Below, in pieces: positions 50,226-63,341 of a stretch of DNA of 64,000 nucleotides (within the stretch, counting starts at the first letter, position 1; each line of letters starts with the position of its first letter). Source of the stretch: Dendrobates tinctorius (Eukaryota); assembly GCF_039654945.1 (NCBI RefSeq), contig NW_027361780.1, positions 682,001 through 746,000 of the forward strand, read 5' to 3'. The notes under the pieces were generated by a model that was given only the letters and a program-made list of their open reading frames with translations, was not told where the DNA came from and made no database searches. The translations under genes were made by a program, and so were the position numbers.

Positions 50226-52339
50226 TCTCCTTAATATTGCGTTGATCCAGGGAGCTAGTCTGATTGCCGTATGTGGAGTCGGGAAGGAATTTTTTCCCCC
50301 AATGTGAAGCTTACTGTTGCCACATGGGGTTTTTTTGCCTTCCTCTGGATCAACATGTTAGGGCAAGTTAGGATAGGATATGGGTTGAACTAGATGGACT
50401 TAAAGTCTCCCTTCAACCTTAATAACTATGTTACTATGTTATGTTACTATGTTAGCTGCTGGCTGAGTCTGAGCTTAAGCTGGCAGATCTGGAGGTCATC
50501 ACGTGACCTCAGGCTGCTGGGACAATGATGGATCCCCCGTGATGTGATCAGATCTTATCACGGAGACCGTCAGAGAGGTGAGTACAGCAGTGGTCTCCCT
50601 CTGCTATCTTCTAAATTCCGCAATTGTAGTATTTAACACATAGAAAAGAGTTAACATTATTGAGACGTGATCCAATCAGGAGCCGATGATGTCACCTGTC
50701 AGAGGTATCGCTCTGCGCAGGAATTGCAGCGCTTGCAGGACCCTGAGGGTCCTAAGCACTGAAAGACCACTGACCGCTGATAAACGTCGGTGATGCACAG
50801 AGCCCACAAAGTGCCGACGTTCATCTATAGTAAACGGTTGGAAATCGGTTAATGAAGAGAATCCAAGTGACACAGAAATGTTGTTAAGCTACTGGAGTTT
50901 CCAAGAAATGGTGGGACACCACTCCATCTGTAGAGGCAAAGAGGTGAGAAGGGAGATGCATACTGAGCCTTATCTGTTTGTAAAGTGTTACTACCTTCCC
51001 ATTTCTATGGATCCAGCAGTATAATAGAGCTGTCATTGAATCTACTGTTTTCTGCAGACCCCTTTCTGGCCTACAAATCAAAGTGATTTCCAGAAACAGG
51101 TAATGCTAGGGTACCTGCTTTGGTGCTTAATATAATCTGTAATTTAAACACACATTACTTTTAAGGTGACAAAAAGCTATTGCGATGATCACACACACGG
51201 GTTCATATTCCATTTTTATCACAAGTCTTATAAGGTTTTTTCTCCAGATTTCCAAATGTCAAAATCAAATTTAGCAATATGTAGGCTAATGTACTGTACT
51301 TTCTTATTATGTAGATACTTTTACTTCAAAAATATATTTCATGGCCATTCTACACAGTGACCACCCAAACACTAACATTTTGATGCAATTAAACATGTGA
51401 TCTCTAATACTATGTATTCTTCATTATGAAGTTGACTGAACTGTCACAATGGTAATTACATCTCCCTCTGCCAACACATTTTAGCAAAAAGTGTGAGATT
51501 CTATTTGTTTGTTCACATTTATACATAGGTAAGTGGAGCACTCACCAGGGCAAGTGGGGTACTCGGTACCGGGCTGCTTTCTTAAAGGGACAGTGTCACA
51601 GCGGCGGTAACCCGGTCCGTGGCCCTGTGCGTCTAATAAGAGGGGTTTATTTACAGGGGATAAGAAAATAAAGAGTTTTTTTAAAGAGTATTCATGATAC
51701 CACCTGTGGTATATGGTCAGAAGGGACCAGTGCTGCAGTGTGGATCCGCTGGGACAGATGGTGTGATGCAGCAGAGGTGGAATAGCTCTCCACAGGCAGA
51801 GCTTTGTCCCAGGGCAAATGAAAGATGTTGAAGAATATAGATGGTGATGTAGTATGGAGCAAGGGATGTAGCAGTGCTGAGAAGGTGATGCAGGGAGAAT
51901 TCAAAGAACACAACAGAGTGCAGTTTCTTTTACTTTTTACTGTGATTTGTAGGTGCAGTCCAGGATTCAGATTACAAATGGTACAGGAGTTGATCAGCCT
52001 GGAAGCAATTTGGGAATCTCTCTATACAGATGGGTTGTGAGGTCTCTTTTCTTGTGCTATTCTCAAGTACTTGCGGTTCTGAACTCCACACAAGTTCTTC
52101 TTTCTATCCGTTACTTAGAACTCCACTCGCATGACAGGTAGCTGTAGCCTCTTTCATGAACTGCCCTTAATTGCATCTCTGGCTCATACGCTGCTACTGT
52201 GTTGTCGAGTCTCAGTTGGGAAAAGAGCATTTACAGCCTCTATTCCTCTGGTTTCTGCTGTGGGACAGAGCAGACCGCATGAATCATCATTGGTAATTAT
52301 GACCCTTCATTCCAGACTATATGTATCGGTGACTCTTTG

Positions 52340-52898
52340 ATATCAGGCTTGTGGATTTCTCTCATGGAATTTCTTGGACTCCTCATCTCTAGAGAGTTCA
52401 TATATTGCAGCTGACAGGAGCAACTGGGCTGTCTGATATTTTTATTTTTTCTAGATATATATATTTGATATGTGAAAATTAATTCATCTTTTTTGATTAT
52501 TATTTGTTATATTTTGCTTTGATTATTAGTGAGTCATATTTTATATTATGAATTATTTCTATGCACCTTTCCAACCAGTGGTGTATCTATTCATACATTT
52601 ATAGGTGTATTGTTCAACATGTATTATGTATGGAATTATTCTTTTTCACATGGCTGCTCATTCATGTCCTCTTTGCTCATGATTTTAATGGTGTTTTAAT
52701 TGTACATTGTTTCTCTTGACATTTTTGTTTCAATAAAGTCTTTTCTATTTTTGCATGAGCCGTGTGTGCACTACTTTCTTGCGGTTCTTTTCTTGGTCTC
52801 TTTTTCATTTTGAACTAAGCGCATGAGCTGCACCTGGATGTGATATTACATCTCTTCATATTCTTGTGGTGCCCACCTTTCCATTTTTTGTTGGACCT
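52340..52898 (+). mobile_element. AT-rich insert resembling a Penelope-type 3' end
   Basis: Abrupt AT-rich block in the LTR, with AATAAA and a GTGGTGCCC tail motif also seen at about 35320. No clean TSD. Confidence 0.4.
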
Positions 52899-53009
52899 TT
52901 AGTATCCACACAACCTCAGACTCCGGCGTCCGGTCATTACGCTTCAACTTAGGGGTGAGCTCCTCTATAGCTCCAAGCCCCCAGCTCCTTTCCCATGTCC
53001 TCCTTCTTC

Positions 53010-53385
53010 GGGTATGTGCACACGCTGCGGATTCTGCTGCGTTTCCGCAGCGTTTTTGGCTCTGCAGAAACGCTGCAGATTCTGCTGCGTTGTACAGTAC
53101 CTTTATTTCCTATGGAAATAAAAAAAAGCTGTGCACATGCTGCGTTTTTTTCCACGCGGTTTTGCTGCGGTTTTCAAAACGCAGCATGTCAATTGTTTGA
53201 TGCAGAAACGCTGCGGTTTTACACCTCGTCCATTATGAGGTGTAAAACCGCAGGGCAAAACCGCAGAAAAAACGCAGATAATCCGCAGATAATCCGCAGA
53301 AAAACCACAGCACTTTGTCCTGCGGATTTCCTGCGGTTTTCTCTACAAAATCCGCAGAGACTAAAAATTACGTGGGAACATAGCC
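53010..53385. mobile_element. Harbinger-type MITE, same family as 17834-18103, inverted
   Basis: GGGTATGTGCACACGCTGC...CGTGGGAACATAGCC. Shared conceptual translation RVCAHAADSAA. Confidence 0.8.
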
Positions 53386-53668
53386 TCACTTGTCAACACT
53401 CTAACTAACTTCCTATTCCTGACCACAGAGAGCAGCTCCTCTGCAGTTAGGTTCAGAGCTCCTTCTGCTGGCCTGGAGTAGGAACTGTGTTGTGTGCTGG
53501 AACTACCTGACAGAGAGACCCTTTCACTGCTCCCAGGCATGACATCACTTCCCCCTGGAGGGAAGCAAGGTCACTGTGGCAACCATATTCCTGGGGGCGC
53601 CACATAAGTAGTTATAGAAATTCAAAAAAGACATAGATCAATGAAGCTCAAACTCTCTCCACCACTTA

Positions 53669-55640
53669 CAGTTGTGGCCGAAAGTGTTGGCACCCTTAAA
53701 ATTGTTCCAGAAAATGAAGTACTTCTCCCAAAAAATTATTGCAATGACACAAGTTTTGCAATAAAAATGTTTAATTCCTTTATGTGTAACAGTACAAAAA
53801 AAGAAACAAAAAAGTACAAAAAAATAAGAAAAAAGGGCAAATTTGACATCATTTCATATAAAACCCCGAAAAGGCGCAAGACAAAATTATTGGCACCTTT
53901 CCAAAATTGTGGATAAACAACTTTATTTCAAACATGTGATGCTCGTTCAAATTCACCTATGGCAAGAAACAGGTTTGGGGAATAAGAAAATCGCACCTGA
54001 AACCAGATAAAAAGGAGAGAAGTTGACTCAATCTTTGCATTATGTGTCTATGTGTGCCACACTGAGCGAGCATGGAGAACGTCTGAGGATTTGAGAGCCA
54101 AAATTGCTGAACAATATCAACAATCTCAAGGTTACAAGTCCATCTCAAGAGATCTTGATGTTCCTTTGTTCACAGTGCGCAACATAATCAAGAAGTTTAC
54201 AACCAATGGCACTGTAGCTAATTTCCCTGGACTTGGACGGCAGAGAAAAATTTATGAAAAGTTGAAACAAAGGATAATCCAGATTGTGGATGAGCAGCCC
54301 CTATCAAGTTCCAACGTAATTCAAGCTATGCTACAGGTTCAGGGAGCATCAGTGTCAGCGCAAACTATCAGTCAACATTTGAATGAAACACAATGACAAG
54401 AGAACCAGGAGGACCCCACTGCTGACACATAATAATGCTAGACTGCATTTTGTAAAAATATACATGAGTATGCCAAAATCCTTCTGAGAAAGCATCTTGT
54501 GAACAGATGACACCTAGATGGAGCTTTTTGGAAAAGCACATCATTCTACTGTTTACCAAAAATGGAATGAGGCCAGCAAAGAAAAGAACACAGTACCTAC
54601 AGTCAAATATGGTGGAGTGTTGTGAACTCCCTTGCTTGGATTTCTGAGTCGAAGCTCCCTCTGCTCCCTCTGGTGGTTACTGAGAGTAGTGGAGCTGGCC
54701 AGGTGGATGGAGGTTCTCCACCTGACAATGATAATTGGGAATCTGGGATTGCTGGCTGGGAGCATATAATGGAGCTGGCTGCTCTTGAAGGTTGCTGGTG
54801 ATTTTTTCCTCTGTGTGCATTTGGAGCTCTTTTGTCCCCTGCCTGATCTGCATGCTCAGCTAAGTGATTCTTTTGCTAATCCTTTTCATCTAATCTGGTT
54901 GTTTCTTTTTTTTTGCTTTGCTGCTAGGGTTCAGCATGCTCCCTGCTGGGGGCAGTGCTGGGCCCTGCTTCATATGTTGCAGCTTGTTCAGTCCCCTGTT
55001 ATGTTAGTATCTTTTTGCTTGCTGCCAGTTGATACCAGAATGCTGATCTAGCGGGGGTGAGATCATTTGATCTCAGGTTTTTTCGTATATCAGAAGTGTT
55101 GGACCTTTTCAGGGTTTTGTGCGTGATTGCAGACAGTATCTTTTTCTGTCCTGTCCTGTCTAGACAGCTTGGGCCCCACCGTTTGCTTAGTCTCTTCTCT
55201 ACCTGTGTTTGTGTCTCATCTTGTCTCACCAACAATATATGTTTGGGGGCTGTCTATTCCTTTGGTGATCTGCTCCGGGGCAGTTTAGATTTCACCTTTC
55301 TGTCTTTAGGCTTAGTTAGTCCTCCAGCTGTGCCGAAGCGTCTAGGGCAATGTAGGAATGCTCCACGGCTACTGCTAGTTGTGCGGATAGGATCAGGGGT
55401 CTGCAAACCGCTTAGTTACCAACCTCTCTGGTCTTCTGGTTGCTTAGCCTGTTCCTGCCATCCTCCTCAGTGACCCATTCATAACATTGGAGGTTCAAAG
55501 ATGTTTGGCGTTGTTTTGCTGCCTCTGACTGGGCACCCTGCCTGTGTGTAAAGCATCAGGAAATCTGAAGATTACCAAAGGATTTTGGGTTGCAATGTAG
55601 TGCCCAGTGTCAGAATGCTGGGTTTGCCATCTAGGTCAAA
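53669..55640 (+). mobile_element. Decayed Tc1 element #4, 3'-truncated
   Basis: TA-CAGTTGTGGCCGAAAGTGTTGGCACCC TIR; SEDLRAKI..GYKSISRDL..GRQRKI..PTVKYGG[LTR]GSKMF. Confidence 0.8.
54618..55486. mobile_element. Solo LTR in the KYGGGS motif of Tc1 #4
   Basis: TGTTGTGAA...TTCATAACA, flanks GTGGAG/TTGGAG (TGGAG duplicated). Confidence 0.8.
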
Positions 55641-55687
55641 TCAAATTTGCAGAGGCTGCAAAGCTAGGAGGGATAGCTAACACTAGA

Positions 55688-56160
55688 GAATAATAATAAT
55701 AATAATAATAATAATTTTTATTTATATAGCGCCAACATATTCCGCAGCACTTTGCAATTAAGCGGGGACATGTACAGACAATAAATTCAATATAAGTTAA
55801 GACAATTCAAACAGTGACATTAGGAGTGAGGTCCCTGCTCGCAAGCTTACAATCTACAAGGAAATGGGGGGACACAGTAGGTGAGAAGTGCTTGTCAATT
55901 CAGGTCTGGCAATTATAATAAATAGGGATTTTCATATAAAGCTGCATGATCCGGTCATCAGCCCGTGTGTTTAAGTGCAATAGACAAGTATCAAGTGCAG
56001 TTATCGTGTGCATGGAGGGTGTGGAGACAGATGAATAGAAGGGTGCAGATTCAGAATAATATTTGGAAGGAGGGAACAGGGCAAAGTTAGTTTGCTGAGT
56101 AGTTGATGTGGTAGGCTTGTTTGAAGAGATGGGTTTTCAAAGCGCGCTTGAATAGGTCAG
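55688..56160 (-). mobile_element. L2-clade LINE 3' end
   Basis: (TAA)n followed by TTTATATAGCGCCAACATATTCCGCAGCACTTT and GCAAGCTTACAATCTA, the reverse of the tail at 40049. Confidence 0.7.
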
Positions 56161-56987
56161 GGAAGACATGGAAATGATTCAGAAGGATGTAGATAAGTTT
56201 GAACAATGGGCAGCAACTAACGGAATGATATTTAACAGGGAGAAATGCAAGATTCTACATCTGGGCAGAAAAAACTAAAATCACATCTACAGAATGGGAG
56301 GACTAGAAGTAAGCAACAGCACATGTGAAAAGGACTTGTGTATACTAATAGATCACAGACTGCAGATAAGTCAAAAGTGTGATGCAGCAGCAAAAAAGGC
56401 AAACACAGTTCTGGGATGTATTAAGAGAAGCATAAAGTCTACATCATGTGAAATAATTATCCCCCTCTACTCCTCCTTTGTCAGGCATCATCCTGAGTAC
56501 TGTGTCCAGTTCTGGCTCCACATTTTGAAAAAGACATTGAAAAACTGGAGCAAGTTCAGAGAAGAGCTACGAGGGTGGTGAGCGGACTGCAAATTATGTC
56601 CTACAAGGAACAGTTAAAGGATCTGGGAATGTTTAGCTTGCAAAAAAGAAGGCTAAGAGGAAACTCAATAGCTGTCTACAAATATCTGAAGGGATGTCAC
56701 AGTGTAGAGGGATCATCTTTACTCTCATTTGCACATGGAAACACGAGAAACAATAGAATTAAAGTGAAAGGGAGAAAATACAGATTAGATATTAGAACAA
56801 ACTTTTTGACAGTGAGGGTGGTCAATGAGTGAGACAGGCTGCCATGAGAGGTGGTGAGTTCTCCATCAATGTAACTCTTAAAACAGAGCCAGGACAGACA
56901 TCTGCCTGAGATGGTTTAGTGCATCCAGCAATGAGCAGGGAGCTGTCCCTTGAGGTCCCTTCCAGCTCTAACATTCTATGATTCTAT
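56161..56987 (+). mobile_element. 5'-truncated, decayed CR1 of a different subfamily
   Basis: FNREKCKILHLG, EYCVQFW, FSLQKRRLRG; tail ATTCTATGATTCTAT. Confidence 0.85.
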
Positions 56988-57888
56988 CTTTTCCAACCTC
57001 TCAACATATTAGAAGACTTCCATACCATGTAATAATCTAGTTGTCTGCCTTTGAACAGATTATACTGTAACTTCCCAATATCCTTTTTATAATGTGAAGC
57101 CTAAAACTGGATCCCATATTCTAGATGTGGCCTTACACGTGAACTATAGAGGGTTCACAGGATTTTATCTCTCTTTTTATTCACCCTGAAATTTTGTTGC
57201 TTTTATGCAATACACTTTTGAGTAAAAATATTTTTGACAAATAAAAATGACAACAGACTGTGACTGTCATTTTGAAATTAAAGGGGAAAAGAATACATTG
57301 TGGGAGCCAATACACCTGTGAATAATCCTAATTCTCATGTCATGTTAGCAGTGCACCAAGGTATAGACAAAAGTAGTGATGTAGATGTAGAAATTATGTA
57401 AAACAGTTTACAGTATAGGAGAAATAACCAAGGGAAAAGAATTGTTGCTAGAACAGAGATTTATCTGAGGGATGTGTAGAGCTCATTAGTGCATTCAGTT
57501 TGTGTATTTCCCCAGCTATGGGAATAAGTATGTGAAGGATCTCAGCCCCCATGCTGGCTGTTGTTTTTCGCCATAGTCCTTCTGGCCTCTAAGTTGTTTG
57601 CATGTATCAGCGATTTGACATTTGACACAGGATTATTTTTGTCAGGATAAAGGCATCTCTTAACTATTTCCAGTAAATAATTTTCCCTTTTTATTACATA
57701 TTCTTACGTATTTTTTCAATATATCAAATATTGATTATGCTTGTAATTTTACCTTAACCAAGCAGTAATCGTCAGTCCCTGTATAGTTTGTTTCAGTCCA
57801 TGTAAAATAGCCGATAGGTGATCAGCTTATGCTCTCAGCAGTGATTATGTCTAGAAATCTGCCAGTATGAATGTACCTTGATATTTAA

Positions 57889-59975
57889 AGGGAACCTGTC
57901 AGCAGGATTGTGCTATGTAACCTACAGACAGTGTCAGATTGGCACCGTTACACTGAATAAAATAATACCTTGGTTAATGAAATCCGTCTTGTGGTTGTTG
58001 TTTAAGCTTTATTTTCAGTTTTGAATTAATGATATGCTCATGGCCTGGGGCGGTACTGGAGAAGGGGTCTTCATATGGTGCTCTGTTTATGTATGGCTTC
58101 TGACAGGTCACTGATCCCTCAGTGGCCAGCCCCTAGTTTACATAATGAATATTACATTTTTTTTTTAAATCCCCTTCTGCAGGCAGACGCCGGAGGCCTG
58201 TGCATTTAATATTGTTTTCATGGTATACATAAATAAAAAAAAATCAGTCTCAAAATGGCACCGGCCACGCCTGTGCAGTAGCAGCTATTGACTATCTTGC
58301 TAGAGAAAAAAAATTGCTCCCTCCAGTATGACACCTCCGGCACCTACCGGATCACAGATAGCTGCTACTGCGCAGACGCCGGCGGTGCCATCTTGCTAGA
58401 GAAAAAAAATTGTCTCCACTAAGATGGAGCCGGCTGCACCTGCGCAGTAGCATTTATCTGCTATCTGATAGATACTACTGCGCAGGTGGCGCCATCTTGG
58501 AGAAAGCAATGTTTTTTTCTCTAACAAGTTGGTGCCACTTGTGCCTGCGCAGTAGCAGCTATCGGCTCACAGGCACGAGCTTATCATTAACTCTTAAAAC
58601 TGAAAATAAAGATTAAACAACAACCACAAGATGGATTTCATCAACCAAGATATCTTTTTAAAAGGTATAGCGGCACCAACCTGACACTACTGTAGGGAGT
58701 AGGACTCCCGTAGAGTGTCTGGACCAGAACCGAGGGGACCGCCATCTAGGTTCCGGAAGGAATGCTAACGGGGGGCAACGAAGGAGAGCAGACGACTGAA
58801 GGTGACAGGGCAGCAGGGGGCGGGGCGAGGGTAAAAGGAGCAGGGAGTGCACAGAGAGTTCAGTTGGCAGAAAGGCAGACAGGAGACAAGAGACCATGGA
58901 AGGTAGAGAGAGCCTGCTTAACAGACGTTGATCAGCGGGGAGGCCTTCAGGGGTCTGTGGAGGGTAAGCGACGAACTCACCGACAAGAGACTTGTGCTTT
59001 ACCCCGACTAGGGGCTGCTCTCCACCCACGGTTGGCCATCGCCAGTACCGCTGTCCCTGCTCCATTGCGGCTGGTCCACTACCCTTAGACTCCGCTGTCA
59101 CTTCACGCCAGTCTGCTGCAGCGTCCTGTGTACTGCCTCCCCGCCTCAGCCCGCGGCTGCGGCCTCTTCATCATCGGCCACAATGGGCGCCATCTCGCTG
59201 CAGTCGGCAGTTGAGGCCTACTCCCCGCATACAGGGGAACCCTTGGCATAGTTCCAATCCGCTCATGAGGCCTGCCAACCGTGACACCTGTGAAACTGCG
59301 ACACAACCCCGCTTTGAGGCGGGAGCCTGTTAATACTTTCTGAGAGGCCGAACCCCGCTGTGTTTACAGGGGGTCATCTCCACAGAGGATTACTCCAGGG
59401 CCTGTTGCGCCCCAATGGCAAAGATCCTTCAGATCCTGTTGTGCCCCCAGCTCCAGGATTACTCCAGGGCCTGTTGTGCCCCCAGCTCCAGGATTACTCC
59501 AGGGCCTGTTGTGCCCCAACGTCTCCTGTGTGCTGAAATGCCCAAAAGATCACGACCGGTCTTTAGCAGCTGGGCCCAGCGGTTGCGATGTCAAAGCAGC
59601 CACAACAGCAACATCAAAACAGCCGCATCAGCGACCTCGAAGTAGGCACGTCAGTGACACTGAAGGACGTCCGGAAGGATAAGTTGACTTTAGGAAATAA
59701 GGACCCATAGTTGGCCGTTACGTGGCCCATAATAGCCGGCCTTGCCGGGTTAGTTGCATTCTCGATAAGAAAAGTGTATTTATTGTTGTTGAGTCCCTGC
59801 GTGGACAATTGGTGTTATCCCTTTTTGGTTGCTCAGCATAGCCCCAGCGGCTCCAGTTCATAAACGTTGCTTTACAAAACAACACTCAGTCTCGTGTCTC
59901 GTGTCTCGTCACTGCATCCTGACAATCTGTTGGTATCTACACTACCTGTAGATTACTCAAATCCACCAAGTATGA
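57889..59975. mobile_element. Kolobok/T2-type MITE interrupted by a solo LTR
   Basis: TTAA-AGGGAACCTGTCA start. 57910-58035 mirrors 58580-58686 plus 59946-59958. Internal GCGCAGTAGCAGCTAT hairpins. Right end decayed. Confidence 0.65.
58691..59941. mobile_element. Solo LTR
   Basis: TGTAG...CTACA termini, 4-bp TSD CTAC, internal repeats of about 35 bp GGATTACTCCAGGGCCTGTTGTGCCCC (59387-59517). Confidence 0.8.
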
Positions 59976-60000
59976 CTGGGACACATGGTATCAATTATTA

Positions 60001-60498
60001 GGCCGGTTTCACACTAGCGCATTTTCAACGCGCGCACGGCCGGGGGTAGCTCCGCCCCCGATCCGGCTCTCTGCCCGGCGTGCCCGCCCCTTCCTTGTAG
60101 CGCCGCCTCCTAGCGGACAGCGGCGCCTGCGATCGGCGCACCCTATCTTTAGCATAGGGTGCGCCGATCGTGCGCAGGCCGTGCGCTAGTTGCGCTTTGA
60201 CCTGCGCTGCGCACTTTTGACGGTGCGCCGTGCGCGCCAAAATCAAACTTTTCGGATTTTGGCGCGCACGGCGCACCGTCAAAAGTGCGCAGCGCAGGTC
60301 AAAGCGCAACTAGCGCACGGCCTGCGCACGATCGGCGCACCCTATGCTAAAGATAGGGTGCGCCGATCGCAGGCGCCGCTGTCCGCTAGGAGGCGGCGCT
60401 ACAAGGAAGGGGCGGGCACGCCGGGCAGAGAGCCGGATCGGGGGCGGAGCTACCCCCGGCCGTGCGCGCGTTGAAAATGCGCTAGTGTGAAACCGGCC
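60001..60498. mobile_element. Perfect palindromic Harbinger-type MITE
   Basis: 244-bp arms with a 10-nt loop (60245-60254), TIR GGCCGGTTTCACACT, TSD TTA/TTA. Confidence 0.93.
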
Positions 60499-62226
60499 TT
60501 ACCTGTAATTATACTCGCCATGTATCCAATCGGATTAATGATGCCTATCATCAAATATATAACATATCCACAAAAAAAAGATTAGAAGGCACTTTTACTA
60601 ATAAAGAAAAAACTTTATTTTTAGAACCACATTTAAAATATTGCACATCACCAATTAGAGGAATAAGGGGAAATAGACATACACATATGTATAGTGTGAT
60701 TACACACATAAAAAAGCGCACACATCCAGCATCTGGAGGGTAATCACTGCTGTATATCTCCAATTATATGACTAAAAATATGGTAATTATCCAAAAGTGG
60801 ATATTGCTGGCAGTGCAAGGGTTAATCCGTTCAATTAATCTCCTGGAGATCTCCAACCTGGATTGTCTCAGTTGTTCAGTGTTGGCCACTCTCCTCTGCT
60901 ATATATGCTCGGCAATGTCACTTGAAAATTATCAGTGATAGTTTTACTGCCTGGTTAGGAGTTGGAGGTGACGTTTGTATTTGAAGTAGGCATTTGGAGA
61001 GTTGTTCAGGAGATTGTTGCATGGAGTTTGTTTATGTTTATGTTTATGGTTAATATAGAAGCATAGCAAGGCAAGAGTAATTCAGGTGACAGAGATAGAC
61101 TAGAGCGCCCCTACTTCGAAGGATTGGGTAAGCACCCACAGTCACTAGTCACTACGTGACACATACAGTCCGTCCTACCTCAGGTCCCCGCAGTTGCCGT
61201 GTTTAGAATCCTGACAGAGTGCACCAGATAAAGCAAACCTTTTTTTGCAAAAAAAGGTATTTAGAAAAGTGTTTAATAACTAAATGTGCATTATTTAGTT
61301 ATTTTATTACATTTCTTGGAGAATCCTTTTATGGATCCCTGCAGACGAGCATATGAAAAATCGTCCGAGTTTCATCCAGAAAACCCTTACAATTTTCTTC
61401 TAATTTTTATTCAATTTTCATCCATTTGCTATCTGTGTGTCCATTTTTTACATCAGCTGTGACATCCATGGGATGTCTGTGTGCGATCTGTTTTTATGTA
61501 ATGTATGTACACAAGAAAATGTTAATAACAGAAATGTAGCCTTAAAAATCGTGTGCCACTTGGATGTTCCATGTGTAGGATTCAATTTTGTTACGCACCC
61601 ATAGATTTGGATGAGTCTCATCCGAAACTTGGAAGAATTTAGCATGGATAGTTGGGTAACAATTACTAAGCAACGTTCGTCTGACAGCTATCTCATGGGT
61701 ATGGCCTACTTTACTTTTAGATTCTATTTGAACTATATATAATTTTGCTATTCATTTACAAGATAATGCATGTATATAGCTTTGTCGCCATAAAAGGAAG
61801 GGGACCCAGACACATTTCTTGCACAGGGGCCCCAAGCTTTCAGTGTCCACCCCTGACCATACACAAACAAGAGACTATACAAATACATGCAGATCATGGA
61901 ACAGAGGCGAAATTGCTTGGCATCTTCATGTTGAGTTAGCTTTTCTTGCTTTCATTCCAATGCATCTCATCTCATTTCTTGTTTTTCCTTCACTTGTAGC
62001 ATGTTGTGATAATTAAAAACAGACAGAAAATCTTTTCCAATGGATTTCACATTAAGATTTGAAACAGGTTTAAAGAAGTTTATACACTCATTCTCTTTAT
62101 GCTCTGCTGAAGTATGATAAGCTAATAAGGAGAGGTCCATAGATTAGTATTCTTATCTATTTTCCATAGCTTTCAATTTTGGGGTATCACTTCCACAACA
62201 GCACTATTTCCTAAAGTTACAGTTTA

Positions 62227-63341
62227 TACTACTCAAAAAAATAAAGGAAACGCTAAAATACCAAATAATAATAATCTTTATTTTTATAATAATAATCTTT
62301 ATTTTTATATAGCGCTAACATATTCCGCAGCGCTTTACAGTTTGCACACATTATCACATTACCACATTATCATTATTACTACATCCTAGATATCACTGAA
62401 TAAAATGTTTCAGTTTCAATTCTTTATTCATTACACAGTGGAATGTGTTAAGAGAAATAAAACATAAAAATGATCAATGTAAATCCAAATTAATATCCCA
62501 TGGAGGTCTGAATTTGGAATGATACTCAAAATCAAAGTGGAAAATCAAATTATAGGCTGATCCAACTTCAGTGGAAATGTCTCAAGACAAGGAAATGATG
62601 CTCAGTAGTGTGTGAGGCCTCCACGTTCCTGTATGACCTCCCTAAATGCCTGGGCATGGTCCTGATGAGGCGGCAGATGTTCTCCTGAGGGATCTCCTCC
62701 CAGATCTGGAATAAAGCATCAGTCAACTCCTGGACAGTCTGTGGTGCAACGTGGCATTGGTAGATGGAATGAGACATGATGCTTGAGGATGATGCAGGCA
62801 TTAGATTGTTCTTCATGGTGTCTTCAGCCTCTGTCACGTTTGTCACATGTGCTCAGTGTGAACCTGCTCTCATCTGTGAAGAGAACAGGGCGCCAATGTC
62901 GAATCTGTCAATCTTGGTATTCTCTGGCAAATGCCAATCACAGACACTGCTACCCTTCTTGCCACTGCTTGCATTGATGTGCCATCCTGGATGAGCTGCA
63001 CTACCTCAGCAACTTCTGAGGGTTGTAGACACCGCCTCATGCTACTGTAAGTACTTCTAGGGTTGAGAGCAATGATGAAATGCTAAAGTGACCAAAGCAA
63101 AGGCCAAAATGGATGAGAACAGAGAAATGGTCGTTGTTCACCACCTGCAGAACCACTCCTTTATAAGGGTTGTCTTGCTAATTGCATATAATTTCTACCT
63201 GTTTTATGTTCCATTTTCACAACAGCAGGAGAAATAATCAGTGTTGCATCATAACAGGATAGGTTGATTGCACAAAAGTGTTATTGACTTGGAGTTACAT
63301 TGTGTTGTTTAAGTGTTCCCTTTAATTTTTTTTTGACAGTG
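62227..63341 (-). mobile_element. Internally deleted Tc1 element #5 with an L2-type tail inserted near its left end
   Basis: TACTACTCAAAAAAATAAAGGAAAC...GTGTTCCCTTTAATTTTTTTTTGACAGTG-TA; minus-strand APQTVQELTDALFQIWEEIPQENICRLIRTMPR. L2 tail about 62266-62342. Confidence 0.75.

Larger units (their letters stand above)
45952..50454 (+). mobile_element. Full-length CR1-clade LINE
   Basis: 5' UTR, ORF1, ORF2, short 3' UTR and (TACTATGT)n tail. The 5' boundary is approximate and no TSD is evident. Confidence 0.93.
39938..50848. mobile_element. Large non-autonomous TTAA-flanked (piggyBac-like) element hosting nested insertions
   Basis: TTAA-CTCTTT... and ...TCGG-TTAA ends with only a weak TIR match. 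Internal diverged repeats of about 390 bp. Confidence 0.45.
51534..53604. mobile_element. Solo LTR (family A, opposite orientation to 11401-12687) with nested inserts
   Basis: TGGAGCACTC...GGGCGCCACA, 4-bp TSD TAAG. Its GGGGTACTCGGTACCGGGC is the reverse complement of 12642-12660. Confidence 0.82.

Noticed and set aside
51058-51099. 42-bp AG...GT micro-exon candidate
   Set aside because: Splice signals are plausible, but there is no recognisable peptide or partner exon.
60025-60474. Two near-identical 94-aa ORFs on opposite strands
   Set aside because: By-product of a GC-rich perfect palindrome with non-ATG starts; no protein signature.
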